Shown here: positions 51,201 to 62,211 of the stretch, in pieces
Position numbering within the stretch: position 1 is the stretch's first letter
Layout: each line of letters starts with the position of its first letter
Assembly (NCBI RefSeq): GCF_000143415.4
Contig: NW_003314310.1
Coordinates: 409,904 to 473,903, forward strand
Reading direction: 5' to 3'
Source of the DNA: Selaginella moellendorffii
Taxonomy: Eukaryota; Plantae; Lycopodiophyta
DNA length: 64,000 nt
Notes under the pieces: generated by a model
What the model was told of the DNA's origin: nothing
The model's database searches: none
What the model saw: the letters and a program-made list of their open reading frames with translations, nothing else
Translations under genes and position numbers: made by a program

Positions 51201-52946
51201 TGCAACAATCAACGGATAGGAGCAAAAGATGAGTGGCCAAGATAGGGCCGTGGAATCCCTTGGAAGGAATCCAAGTGACAAAGTTAGGCGAGGAATACTA
51301 ATGTGTTGGACACTAACAAGTTGCGGGAAAGGAAGTGTGTTTCCAAGGAGGAATTCCGAAATGCTCCGATTTGGCGAAAGTGGAAGCTCCAAGGGAGAGA
51401 GCGGTAAGGTAGCCAAATGATAGGGCCATGAACAGCCCTAGCACAAAGTATGATAACGGGAACTTTGGCACGAAATAGAAGAGAGGATGATGGTGCCCTC
51501 GAGTAGAGAACTTCCTAGGATGGGAAGTGGAGTTGCACAAAAAGGTGCAAGGCAAGGTGTCGGAGACACCTAGGAAATTGACTCCAAGAAGTCAAAATTC
51601 AAAGTTCCAAAATGCAAAGGTTATATCAATGGAAATCGAGACTACTCGAGAAGGAGTAGTGGGATTGACTTAGAGAAGGGTTTCTAAAAGGTTTAGCGAG
51701 AACTAAACTAATAAAAGGAAAGAACCACTATATGTGGTCCAATCAGTCTCTAAGTTGGAGAGACTACCCTCCTTAAAGGATATGCAAAAGGCATGGTGAG
51801 CCTTCAATGTCCAACCATTGACGAATATGGAGAAGGCATGGTGAGCCTTCAATGTCACACCATTGACAAATATTGGCTACGTGCCAAGGATGGAAATGGT
51901 AACACATGCGGGTGTTACTTTATAAAATGGTTCACCGTTTGATGAGGACATCGAACTTCGTCTATGGGTGGTGGAGTTGTGAGACACAAAATCTCTAGGC
52001 CCCAAAGTGGAGCTGGAAGGGCGCCACATGGTAGTGGCCGAAGCAAGAGCCAAACGAGAGTAACACGTTTGGACCAAAAGCTCCGACTTGAAAAGTCAAG
52101 AGCGGGAGTGGAACTCCCAACGAAATGCTCGAGGAACGAGCACGAAGCGAGCAAAAGGCGAGGCTCCAAAAAGGGACCCAAAAGGACCAACACATGACAC
52201 GTGGGAGTGTCCGAGATGGACCCGAGTTGGAGTCCGAAGTGGAGTTCGAGATGGACCCGAGTTGGAGTCCGAAGTGGAGTCCAAGATGGACCCGAGATGG
52301 AGTCCGAGATGGAGTCCGAAGTGGAGTCCGAGGTGGACCCGAGATGGAGTCCGAGATGGAGTCCGAGATGGAGTCCGAGATGGAGTCCGAGGTGGACCCG
52401 AGATGGACCCGAAATGGAGTCCGAGATGGAGTCCGAGATGGACCCGAGATGGAGTCCGAGATGGAGTCCGAGATGGACCCGAGATGGACCCGAGATGGAG
52501 TCCGAGATGGAGTCCGAGATGGAGTCCGAAGTCGAGACCGAGACCGGGACTGAGACCGAGACCGAGACCGAGATCGGGACCGAGACCGAGACCGAGCCCG
52601 AGCCCGAGCCCGAGTCCGAGTCTGAATCCGAGTCTGAGTCCGAGTCCGAGTCCGAGTCCGAGTCCGAGTCCGAAGCCTGAGAGGGTGAAAGCCCAAAGCG
52701 TTCGTCTCCCAGACCCTGGGGGGTTTGGTGAGCTCCAAAAGTATAGTAGGGGGAGGACTGCAGTGGAGCCAGTTTGGCCAGGAAAGGCCAGTTTGGCCCA
52801 GGAAGGCCGGACCCAGTGTTGGGTGATGAGCTGCCCACTGGGAAGTCCAAGACTAGAGTGAACACAGACCGACAAGCGGGGTAGCTTGGTGAAGTGTTCA
52901 AGAGCCGGCTCTAGTTCCCCCGGGAGATCGACTGGCCGATGCTCCC
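47806..52946 (+). repeat. 2579-bp near-identical tandem duplication inside element B
   Basis: Identical ORF pairs offset by 2579 (48511/51090, 49336/51915). Junction at 50384/50385. Confidence 0.95.
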
Positions 52947-53944
52947 AATCCAAGTGTGGGTGGCACTACCTACTTGGATACCTGGTGTGGCTCAACGGAA
53001 CCCGCTCTAAGCCCACGGCTAGAGCACCCAAGGGCAGAAGGCGAGGAGAGTACCCAGGTGGCTCGCGTAAGGCCACGGTGTTCCAAAATGTTGTCCCAAA
53101 GGCCCAGACTGTGGAAAGGAAGAGGAGCAGTCCTCTGGGGTAGGGACCAGGGACACAGTTGTGTGGTGAGGAAGTCCCAGAGGACCGTGGGACTTAGTGG
53201 TCGGGCCTGTGGGTCTCGATCCAGTGGCAGTGTTGGCAAACACGGCCAGAGGCAGAAAGGGACTTAGTGGGGACTGACAGAGGGATATTGGGGAAGGCTA
53301 TTCCCCTTGTCGGTGGGCATCTTAAGGATGCTAAGGAGTGGATCTAAGATGACCACTCACGGATGGTTTGCCTAGTCTTGGAGAGCCAAGACGGTGATGC
53401 AAGTGGTATTAGACTACCAGTATGGCAAAGGTGATTGGGCATGGCCTTAGCGTAACGGGCTGCTATGTCGGTGGTACCTTTGAGTGTCGGTCATGGGATT
53501 GGACACGTGGAGCACTTGGACCAAGTGCAAATGTTGAGTGGCATGGATGCCATTCTCGGGGCTAGCAAGTCCCAAGTCCTGGATTGGACTTATGGAGGTT
53601 GTGAATGAGACTCCTCCAAGTGGTCAGAGGTGTGGTTAAGTGACTAAAGTAGAATGGAAAATTTAGTCGCTTACACCTGGAAGCTTGGTGTGCTTGGCTG
53701 CTTGTGCTTGCGGGGAGTGTAGCCGAACCATAAGTCCAGTCTAACCTAGGGAGGGGGATTGGGAGTGATTTGGGAATCCGTGGAAGGATGGCTAACACTC
53801 CGTTGCTCGTGCAGTGAGTAGCTGAGACCAAGTAGGAGCTGGTACCATAGGCGAGAACCTTGGCAAGGGAACTTAGCAAAAGCCAAGGCAGTCAGATAGA
53901 CGAGGTAAGCTGGCAAATTGGAAAGGAAAAATTTGTGGCTTACA

Positions 53945-56400
53945 GTTCTACTAGTAAATAACGATGATCAAGTGGTTCACAGAATATCATATCGACCTCG
54001 AGGTAAGAAAAAGTGAATTTTACAAACTAAAGGTGGTAATACATGTTTTTTGCAGCAATGACAGTTGGTAGTAATTTCATTCCAGCTCGACGAGATGCTT
54101 GTGAAGAGGAGTTGGAGGAACTCTCATCGACAACACGCCATAGGACAGTAGCATACTATTTATTACTTTTTTCATTCACTTAGCTCTTTTATAGGTCCGT
54201 CCTATGTCCCCAATAACACAACGAGGCATTGTGGGTATCTTCATTGGCTCTTATAGTAGATTATTGACATCTTTCACGGAAGACGACATCAACATGGATA
54301 TACAGCACCAGTTCAACCATTGGTGCCAAAAGATACAAAGACCCTTGTGTAAGGAACCAACTCGCCGAGGTGTCGTAGGCTAAAGGAACCCCGAAAGCAT
54401 GACCAAAATGACAAAGAGTTCATCGGATGGGACCAAGTCGAAGATCGAGTCCAAGACCGACTCTAGGACCGAGTTCGAGATAGAGTCCGGAATCGAGTCC
54501 GAGACCGACTCGGGGACCGAATTCGAGTCCGAGTTCGAGACCGAGTTCGAGACGGAGTCCGAGATCCGAAATCGGGTCCGAGACCGAGTCCGAGGTCGAG
54601 TCTGAGGTCGGGTCCGAGATCGGGTCCGAGATCGAGTCCGTGATCGAGTCCGAACCCGAATCCGAAGTCGGATCCGAAATCGGGTCCGAGATCGAGCCAG
54701 AGACTAAGTCCAAATACTAATACGGGTCAAGGGGTGAAAGCCCAAAGCGTGCGTCTCCCAGGGGGGGGGGGGCTGCAGGGGGTTCCAAAAGTATAGTAGG
54801 GATAGTGAGGTCCAGGAACCAATTTTGAAGGGACTCTCCAGTTGGGCTTCCAAACCGACTTGAGGTTGAGACTGGGACCGAGGGGCCTTGGGTGGGAGTG
54901 AGCATGGACTTGGCTGGTGCCGGAGGGGCCATCCAAGGAGGTGCTCAAGAGCAGCTCCCACTCCCGAAAGGGAAACCGATTGCGGTGCTCCCGGCTCATG
55001 TGGAGTGGTGCCCCACTTGAGTACCATGCGGCTCATTGGTCCTCGCCCTTCCTAGGGGCTTGGGCCTTCCTTCGGGATGGAAGTGGGGGGGGGTAGAGGT
55101 ACCCATACCGGGCCGCTAGGCCACGGTGTTTCACCCCGGCATCCCGAAGCAAGTGTTGCACTCAAGACTTGGGATTTAGAGGGTCCCATGATCAAGTCTT
55201 GTGGTACCAAGGGATGTTAGGAACCTGGAAGCTTGGTGTGCTTGGCTGCTTGGGCTTGCAGGGAGTGTAGCCGAACCTTAAGTCCAGTCTAACCCGGGGA
55301 GGGGGATTGGGAGTGATTTGGGAATCCGTGGAAGGATGGCTAACACTCCGTTGCTCGTGCAGTGAGTAGCTGAAACTAAGTAGGAGCTGGTACCATAGGC
55401 GAGAACCTTGGCGAGGGAACTTAGCAAAAGCCAAGGCAGTGTTGGACAGATAGACGAGGTAAGCTGGCAAATTGGAAAGGGAAAATTTGTGGCTTACACC
55501 TTGCTCCAAGTTGCAGACTTCATTCGCTTCGACTTTCCAGATGGTCTTTCAGATATTGATGGGAAAGTTGAGGATTGGAACTTTCTCACACCTGACCACT
55601 TGCGCGATGCATTCCTATTGTCTGAAGCACTTATGCTCGAAGTTGGCCATGTCGTCTTCATCCTACCGAACGACCCCAACTGGATGTATGAGTTTATGAC
55701 ATGTGCAGCAGAAGTTCATTTCAAGTCATTCTCTTTCGGGTGCATCATGGATCCTATTAGCGTCGATACGAGGGGCGTCCAAGGGAAGCCTGAAAAGGTG
55801 AGTATGTATTTTATATTTTTATCTAATTTCTAAACATTTTTATTTTCCAGGTTATGATGTACCTATCATGCCTTCTGCAGAAACAGACATGATGGGTTTT
55901 GTGATAGTGAACGTGCAGCACGTGTTTTGCCTGGGTACGATACCTTGTGGATGAGCAGATCCGCAACACGTTTCTAGGGTACCGATTCCGAACTCCATCG
56001 GCAATGCAAGTCTTGCTTGAGCTCTATTGCCCACCAAATGGTGTTGTGATTGATTGCACAGCAGGTAGCAGTTCTATAGTGGAGGCAATACATGACTTTG
56101 GTAGGTCGGTGTTTGCTATTGAAGAACATCATTTCTTCAAACGCCGGCTCAGAGGATTTCGTGAGTTGCCTTCAACCTCAAGGAGGTAAATTATGTTTAT
56201 TAAAATTTCAATATATATTTCATTCTATTTTATAGATCACAGTCACTTGGAGTTTCTAGAATTGGAGGCTTTTGAAGTCTCCCTGACTATGCAGAAGCCA
56301 TGGCTCAACATATGCAAGGTGAATCTTCCCCACAATACCAATATAGGAGGAAGTATAAAAGAAATCATTATGTTGATGATGAGGCAGAAGAAAGTTAATT
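53945..56400 (+). pseudogene. 3' part of the second ParB/MTase gene: beta-class N4C/N6A methyltransferase-like domain, split by a solo LTR
   Basis: Removing the LTR and one TSD copy restores KIQRPLLQVADFIRFDFPDG (motif IV-like). A later exon reads MQVLLELYCPPNGVVIDCTAGSSS..EA..FGRSVFAIE (motif X/I-like, SAM binding). Confidence 0.65.
54348..55498 (+). mobile_element. Family-A solo LTR
   Basis: TGTAAG...CTTACA with a perfect 5-bp TSD CCTTG (54343-54347 and 55499-55503). Confidence 0.95.
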
Positions 56401-56707
56401 GCATCCTTACATAAAATGGAAAGCTTGTTATATGTTAGATGTCAGTGAAAGTGTCAAATGTCAATAAAATTTTCAGATGTCAGTGTCAGTGTCAGATACC
56501 ATAATTATAGATTATCATTCTCACTTGTCACCATCACTTTGTAGCGCTTGTGTGTTGCCATCTCCTCCTTCAACATTTTGTAAACAATTGTATGTGATAT
56601 GATAGCACCTTCTAGAACAAGGTATGTTACTTACAACTAATATCATTTTATTATATTTTTTCTTTTAATAGTGACAATACTATAGTATAGTAAAGTAATT
56701 CTAAATC

Positions 56708-57058
56708 TTATATTCCACTGTAGGGTGGCCTAAAAACCCCATATTTTGCACTAGCTAATACAGTGTTTCTGAAGGGGATGTTGTTCCTCACCATGAAGCA
56801 ATAGTGGGTATGTGTCTGTAACTCATTCTTGAATCTATTGTACATCCACACGTGCATATTTTCCAGACCTGCCATTGGGCAATTCCTACAATGCTCAAGA
56901 AAAGTTTGTAAACCCATAGAGCCATTTGTCTTGTCCAAGAAAAAGTAGCATATTGAACACCGAATGTAATAGCGTTCAATGCTTTCAAGTAGTCCCGCCA
57001 TGTCAGGAGCAAGATCTTGCAAAAACATATGGCATTGCTCTTGAAGCGCTGGAGGCAA
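56708..57058 (-). CDS. Hypothetical small protein with a possible C2HC zinc finger
   Basis: Open frame in AT-rich DNA; CSIC-x18-HCRNC spacing. Confidence 0.35.
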   Translation of the reverse strand: MPPALQEQCHMFLQDLAPDMAGLLESIERYYIRCSICYFFLDKTNGSMGLQTFLEHCRNCPMAGLENMHVWMYNRFKNELQTHTHYCFMVRNNIPFRNTVLASAKYGVFRPPYSGI

Positions 57059-57311
57059 TCCCTCTCTAGTAGTAAGATCCGGAATTTCACATATAGGGAG
57101 GTCTACTTCAGCTTCACTAGAGCCCTTAGCAAAAAAAGGATTGTTATGTGGAAGTGTGTGTGTGTGTGTGTAAAAAAAAATATATGTGTAGCAAAGTAGG
57201 ATTCATCATAATGATAGAGCATGTGTATACATGATAATCTAAAATTCTAGAAGCTCTTATGTTTATAAGAAAGCTGTGATTATGAAGCCCCATTTCCAAG
57301 ATTGACATTTA

Positions 57312-57452
57312 AAGAATCTGAGTATTGTCAGTGTCATAATAAATAAACCTCATTCTCAAGAATTTGAGTATTGTCAATGTCATAATAAATAAACCTCATT
57401 CCCAAGAATCTGAGTATTGTCAGTGTCATAATAAATAAACCTCATTCCCAAG
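57312..57452. repeat. 46-bp tandem repeat x3
   Basis: AAGAATCTGAGTATTGTCAGTGTCATAATAAATAAACCTCATTCCC at 57312, 57358 and 57404. Confidence 0.9.
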
Positions 57453-57780
57453 ACTAAAACTTAGTATATAAACTATCTAGAAAAGTTATAGTCATTGCTA
57501 GTGGTAGAGCACGTTGGCACGCTACCATTCTCTCATGTAAGATTGCCTTTCAATCTTGGAAATGTAGATAAAGTTGATTCTTTGATGTGATATTACTTTT
57601 GAGTCTTTCAAAAGATTTTGATTTCTTTTATCATTATTTACAAACAATTCCCAAAAACTTTTAATGAGGATTCACTGCAAAATATACCTTGGTCTCATCA
57701 TATGAGAGGATTGCGATATAGGCAAGCAATAGAGTTTTTAATATGAATTAATATGTAAATTACAAATGTCATGGAAAGTT

Positions 57781-58095
57781 TTATGGAATAGATTTGTTGG
57801 TGCTTTCCACTATGCTATTCATTTCTTCATTTCTCTTGCTCTGGACTGTTGTTTCAGAAGTAATAAGAGCATTTTTATCAATTGTGATAGTGGTCTTCAC
57901 ATTCCCAGATGGGTAATAAGGACCAGGAGTGTAATATGGAGATTGTGGTAATAAAACAAAATTAACATTCTTACATTCCTTTACACTACAACTCTTACTC
58001 ATAGATCTTGTATTTTCCTTGCTTCCCATCTTCTCAAGAACCCTAAAAAATCTTTTGAATGAAGGAATAGTATCTACAGCTGTAAAAGTATTCAA
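57781..58095 (-). CDS. Small hypothetical ORF homologous to 32642-33001
   Basis: LPQSPYYTPG...TSETTVQSK...ESTNK. Confidence 0.4.
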   Translation of the reverse strand: MNTFTAVDTIPSFKRFFRVLEKMGSKENTRSMSKSCSVKECKNVNFVLLPQSPYYTPGPYYPSGNVKTTITIDKNALITSETTVQSKRNEEMNSIVESTNKSIP

Positions 58096-58299
58096 AATAT
58101 TAAGTAGTCAAATCAAATATGACAGCTGTAACAGTTGTCATAATAAAATAATATAGTTTTATAAAAGATAGGTTCTCATGAACTTTGTCTTTTTTAAACA
58201 ATTCAATCTTATAGAAACTTTTAACTTAGATATTTACGTATTTTAATATTTTAAAGTTTGCTAGAACCTTCATTTGTTCAATTTAGATCTCCTTTGTAA

Positions 58300-61200
58300 T
58301 ATTTTTTATTGACTATGTTGACTTAAGTTGACTTATGTTGAATTGAGCTCAACTCAACTTTGGACCATCCCCATTCCTTATGAGTTTGCCCATAAGGTGT
58401 TGGAAAGGGTTATAGCATTCATTTGCTATAACTCATCGGTTGATACATTAGCATTTGGAGTAGATTGTTGGATGGAGAAAATATGTAGTTGAGGCATTGA
58501 CATCGCTAACACTTATGTTAGTAGAAGTGGCATTGTTGTTCAAGTTATGAGGAATTTTCCTTAGAGCTTGATTTTCCATATCATTTTTTTTGTTAGTGTT
58601 TAGGCTTCACATTAGATCTTAAAAGTGATTGAAGAAGAGTGTTAGTGCAATATGGATATCTGAAGATGTGGCCTTCGTGATCAAACTTTAGATGTTCATT
58701 TTGCATTTTGCGGATATCAGTGTTGGATGTCGGAAGTATGGGCAAAAAGATGTTCAAGGCTTAAGCATATTGTGGGTCATGAGAATTTCTGTTGAGGTGA
58801 ACTTATGTGAAGTTGTTAGTAGGAAAAAGTTGGTTGAGTCTTGAAAATTTGTACTCCTAGACTGAGAGTCATTCTTTCTCTAGGATGGATATTTTCCACA
58901 AATTTTCTTAGACTTTTCCAATGGCTAATTTGTTATCACTTTGCTCAAAAACCATTCCATTTTTGTAAACCAAGTACAAACTAGTGAAAGGGTTAGAGTT
59001 GACTTCAGTTAGCTTAGACCTTAATAGGAAGTTTGTATAATGCAACCCGAAAGGGATGCTGACTTTTGGGGCTAAGGTAATTGAGTTGGTGTAGAAAAGT
59101 GGCTGTTGTGCTTTTCTAAGAAGGATGACCCTTGTGCCTTTCTTCTGTAGCATTATGCTCAATGGCAGGTTGCACTTTGCATTTTGTTTAAACTCTATGA
59201 GAGTAGTGAGCTCTCACTGATCTTGACTTAGTCTTGGTAGTCCTGCGCCTTGGCTGAGGATGGTGATGTCCAATTTAGTTGTTTGAGGTTAAAATGTTGA
59301 TACCCATACTATAGCTTTGTCTAAGTGATGTGAGTCCATCTCATGGTCTTCACTTTAGTTTCGACTGAGTGTTAATTTTGCATAGCTAGCCTCTTCAAAG
59401 CATGCTCAGAGCTAGAGGCTAAATGCATGACATTCATGTTGGACAAGTGTGTAACTCGATGATATGAGTTTAGTGTTTGGGTCTTGTGAAGGCAAGTTGA
59501 AGAATAATTGTTGGTTGCTTTGCGACTAGTGATTGCTTGTAGACTTTATCAAGGATTTTTGACACTTGCTTCACTCGATAAAGATTTAGTAGTGATGGAC
59601 TTGCTTTATCGGATAGTGTTGTGGAGGATCGTGTCGTTAGACTTATATGGGTTTTCCATATTGGCATATCGATTCCTTTGTCAATGACATTTGATTATGT
59701 TTAGTCTGTAGTGTTAGATTTCATGGAGTCTTGGATGTGGTGATTCACTCATTGAGGAAGTGTTATCTGTAACTGAGTTTTGCTAAAGGATTGGTCTTGG
59801 ATACTAACTAAAGTATTTTCGACTTTGGTAGCTTAGTTGCTAGAGAGTTTTGGGTGGTGATTCACTCTTGCTTTCCTCTAGTTTTGTTATGGTGTTGATG
59901 GCATTGAAGTGGTGCTTTGTCATTGACATTATTGATGGTTGAGATTTGAGTGAAATGAGATGTCTCTCTTTAAGATTGATATTGAGTTTCATTGGTCTCG
60001 ATGAAGATAGTGTTGATGATTTGGCTATGGCTTTGTGTTATTAGCATTCATGCATTCGTTAGTTAGCAACTGTATTGACGTTCAATAAACTGAGTGGCAA
60101 GTTTGAGTTAGTTGTGTTCTAGACGAGATTATTTAGTAGGGGTTGAGCTTTGAGCTTTTCTTTGAAAAGTAATTTAATCGTGGACGACACTAACTCTACG
60201 AGAGGAAGAGTTAGTGATTAATGTTGGAATGTTTGATTCCTTGTTGAATTCAAAATGGGATACATTGATCATTGATGATTCTTCTTGTGCTTGTTATGAA
60301 GTGAGTTACGTCTTCTATAGATGGATTCATGGAGGATCATTTCGTGATCATTTGTTAAGTATAGCTTTGTTATGCTTGGCTTTTGGATTGATGCAAGACA
60401 TACTCTTCATTAGCTTTAGCATTATGAAGTTTGGCTTATGGATGTGTTGAGTAGAATATTATGGTTTGTACCATAATTTCTTCTTTAGCAATGAAGTTAG
60501 CTCATGCAAAACTTGTGATCATTGTTAGGCAAAACTTAACTATAGGCTTCTTCACGCTTTTGGTTCCTTGAGTTTTCATGCTTATGGTCCATTTGTTAGA
60601 AGTTATTGGGAAGGCATTTTGGCTCATTAGCTTCGATGTTGAAGTTGGCTTCTGCATCTAGCAATCATTGATGATGATTGACTATCATCTAAGATAGTTG
60701 ATTATCCTTGTCAAGGGTTTTGCTTAGTTATAGTTGATATAGAATGATTTGTCATTCTTCGGGATGGTATATTCTTTCTTCAATAATGATTATGCATCAC
60801 TGCATTGATAGGATCATTGATGATCTTTCATGATAGTTAGTTGTTCTCTTTGATGGCTTATGGCTTTTTGCAATACGACATGTTGTTTGTGGTTTGCTCT
60901 AGATTGGTCTCTTGGGTTTGAGACATCACTAGGATGTTGCCGATACTTGCTTGAGCAACTCTGGTTCCTTTGTATTGTTGACCGTGATCTATTCAGATTG
61001 GCTCGTGTGATAGTTGGCATGAACGAGTGTTTGTTGGCCATGCAATATTCATTCTATTCTGTTGATTATTGCTCAAGTTAATTTTGATAGACTAGAATAT
61101 TATTTCCTTTAGGTGATTATTCGCGAGCATTTTGCTTGCCAATTAATGATACTTTGTGTTCTTTGAGTTCTCTTTCGTAAATGGTTTGGCATTTTGTCTG

Positions 61201-62211
61201 CAATCTTTGATAGTTAAGTTTTCTCATTGAGTTTACTTGATAATGTACTTGCTATTGAATTTTGTTGGATAGTGAATTCTATGTTTTCCAACTATTGTGA
61301 TCTTGGTGGTTCCTATACTATAATACTAGTTTATCAGATGATAACTTACTTGGAATACTTTTGTGTCCCAATCTAATATATATTCACTGATAATTAAGTC
61401 TCTAAGATATCATTGTCTTTGCCTTTAATATTATCCATCTATTGATCTTTGAGTTTGGATTAGTAATGTGCAAACTGGCTTCAGCACTTCATGTGCATGG
61501 TGAAATTTTTAGTCATGGGGTAGCTACTGTCGACTGGTCACATAACCCACCTCTTTGTCGATGTTCCTTGTTCCATTAAAAGGGCGTGACCATGTAAATA
61601 ACTCTAACTACCTGTTTATAGTAGTCTATCTAAACCTTACCGACGGGTTTGGTTTCTTTGCTCAGGAGGGTTAGGGCCTCTGGCTTCTCTCTCTATGTCC
61701 CTACGGATAGGGGCGTACCACACTTTGTAAGCTGGGTGACTCCAGAGTAGCAAGGGTGGCTGACTTTGTTGGTCATTTCCTTGTCGGTGACAGCCGGAAG
61801 GTGTCTAAGTGGGTAGCGCATCCGCGTTAGACAAAGAGGTTGCCTCCTAACTCATTTAAGTTAGTGCATTTCTCATATAGTGTGAATACCGTGAAATTTT
61901 TTTGGAGTTGTTTCCTTGGCGGTATTTTAGACTTGAGTATGCATCAACGAGGACATCGATCTTCCCTAGGAAGGGAGAGTGTCGCGAATGTGACTTCGGG
62001 TATTGAAAATTACCTGTCGGCTAGTCCTTTCGGATATTCTTTCCTTACTGGCACAATGGCAGGAGGTCGGTATTGCTAGACCCGTTATCAGTTTCCCACT
62101 TGAGCTAGTTGAGAAACTAGTCAATGACCATGTACTTAGATTGGATAAACATTAGGTAGGAACCCTATGTGTTTCTTGCTGAGAATACTCGACCTGGTTT
62201 GAGAAACTTGA
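58300..62211. other. Highly degenerate, T/G-skewed sequence, possibly an ancient retroelement relic on the minus strand
   Basis: Strong strand skew, CpG depletion and no intact ORF. No diagnostic motif could be read confidently. Confidence 0.25.

Larger units (their letters stand above)
43584..53675 (+). mobile_element. Non-autonomous (LARD-like) family-B LTR element: 5' LTR 43584-45298, PBS about 45301-45313, non-coding interior, 3' LTR 51978-53675
   Basis: TG...CA termini, near-TSD CGTGG/CCTGG, PBS TGGTATCGGAGC, and the same PPT as family A. No gag/pol ORF is recognisable in the interior. Confidence 0.88.
42601..53944 (+). mobile_element. Oppositely oriented family-A 3' UTR and 3' LTR (42805-43583 and 53676-53944), split by the family-B element
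   Basis: Reverse complement of 37178-38495. The LTR resumes after the B insertion and ends GTGGCTTACA. Confidence 0.85.

Noticed and set aside
43601-52953. Long SR-, GL- and ES-repeat ORFs (also at 19434-20003)
   Set aside because: They arise from stop-free LTR microsatellite arrays that are open in most frames, so they are not credible proteins.
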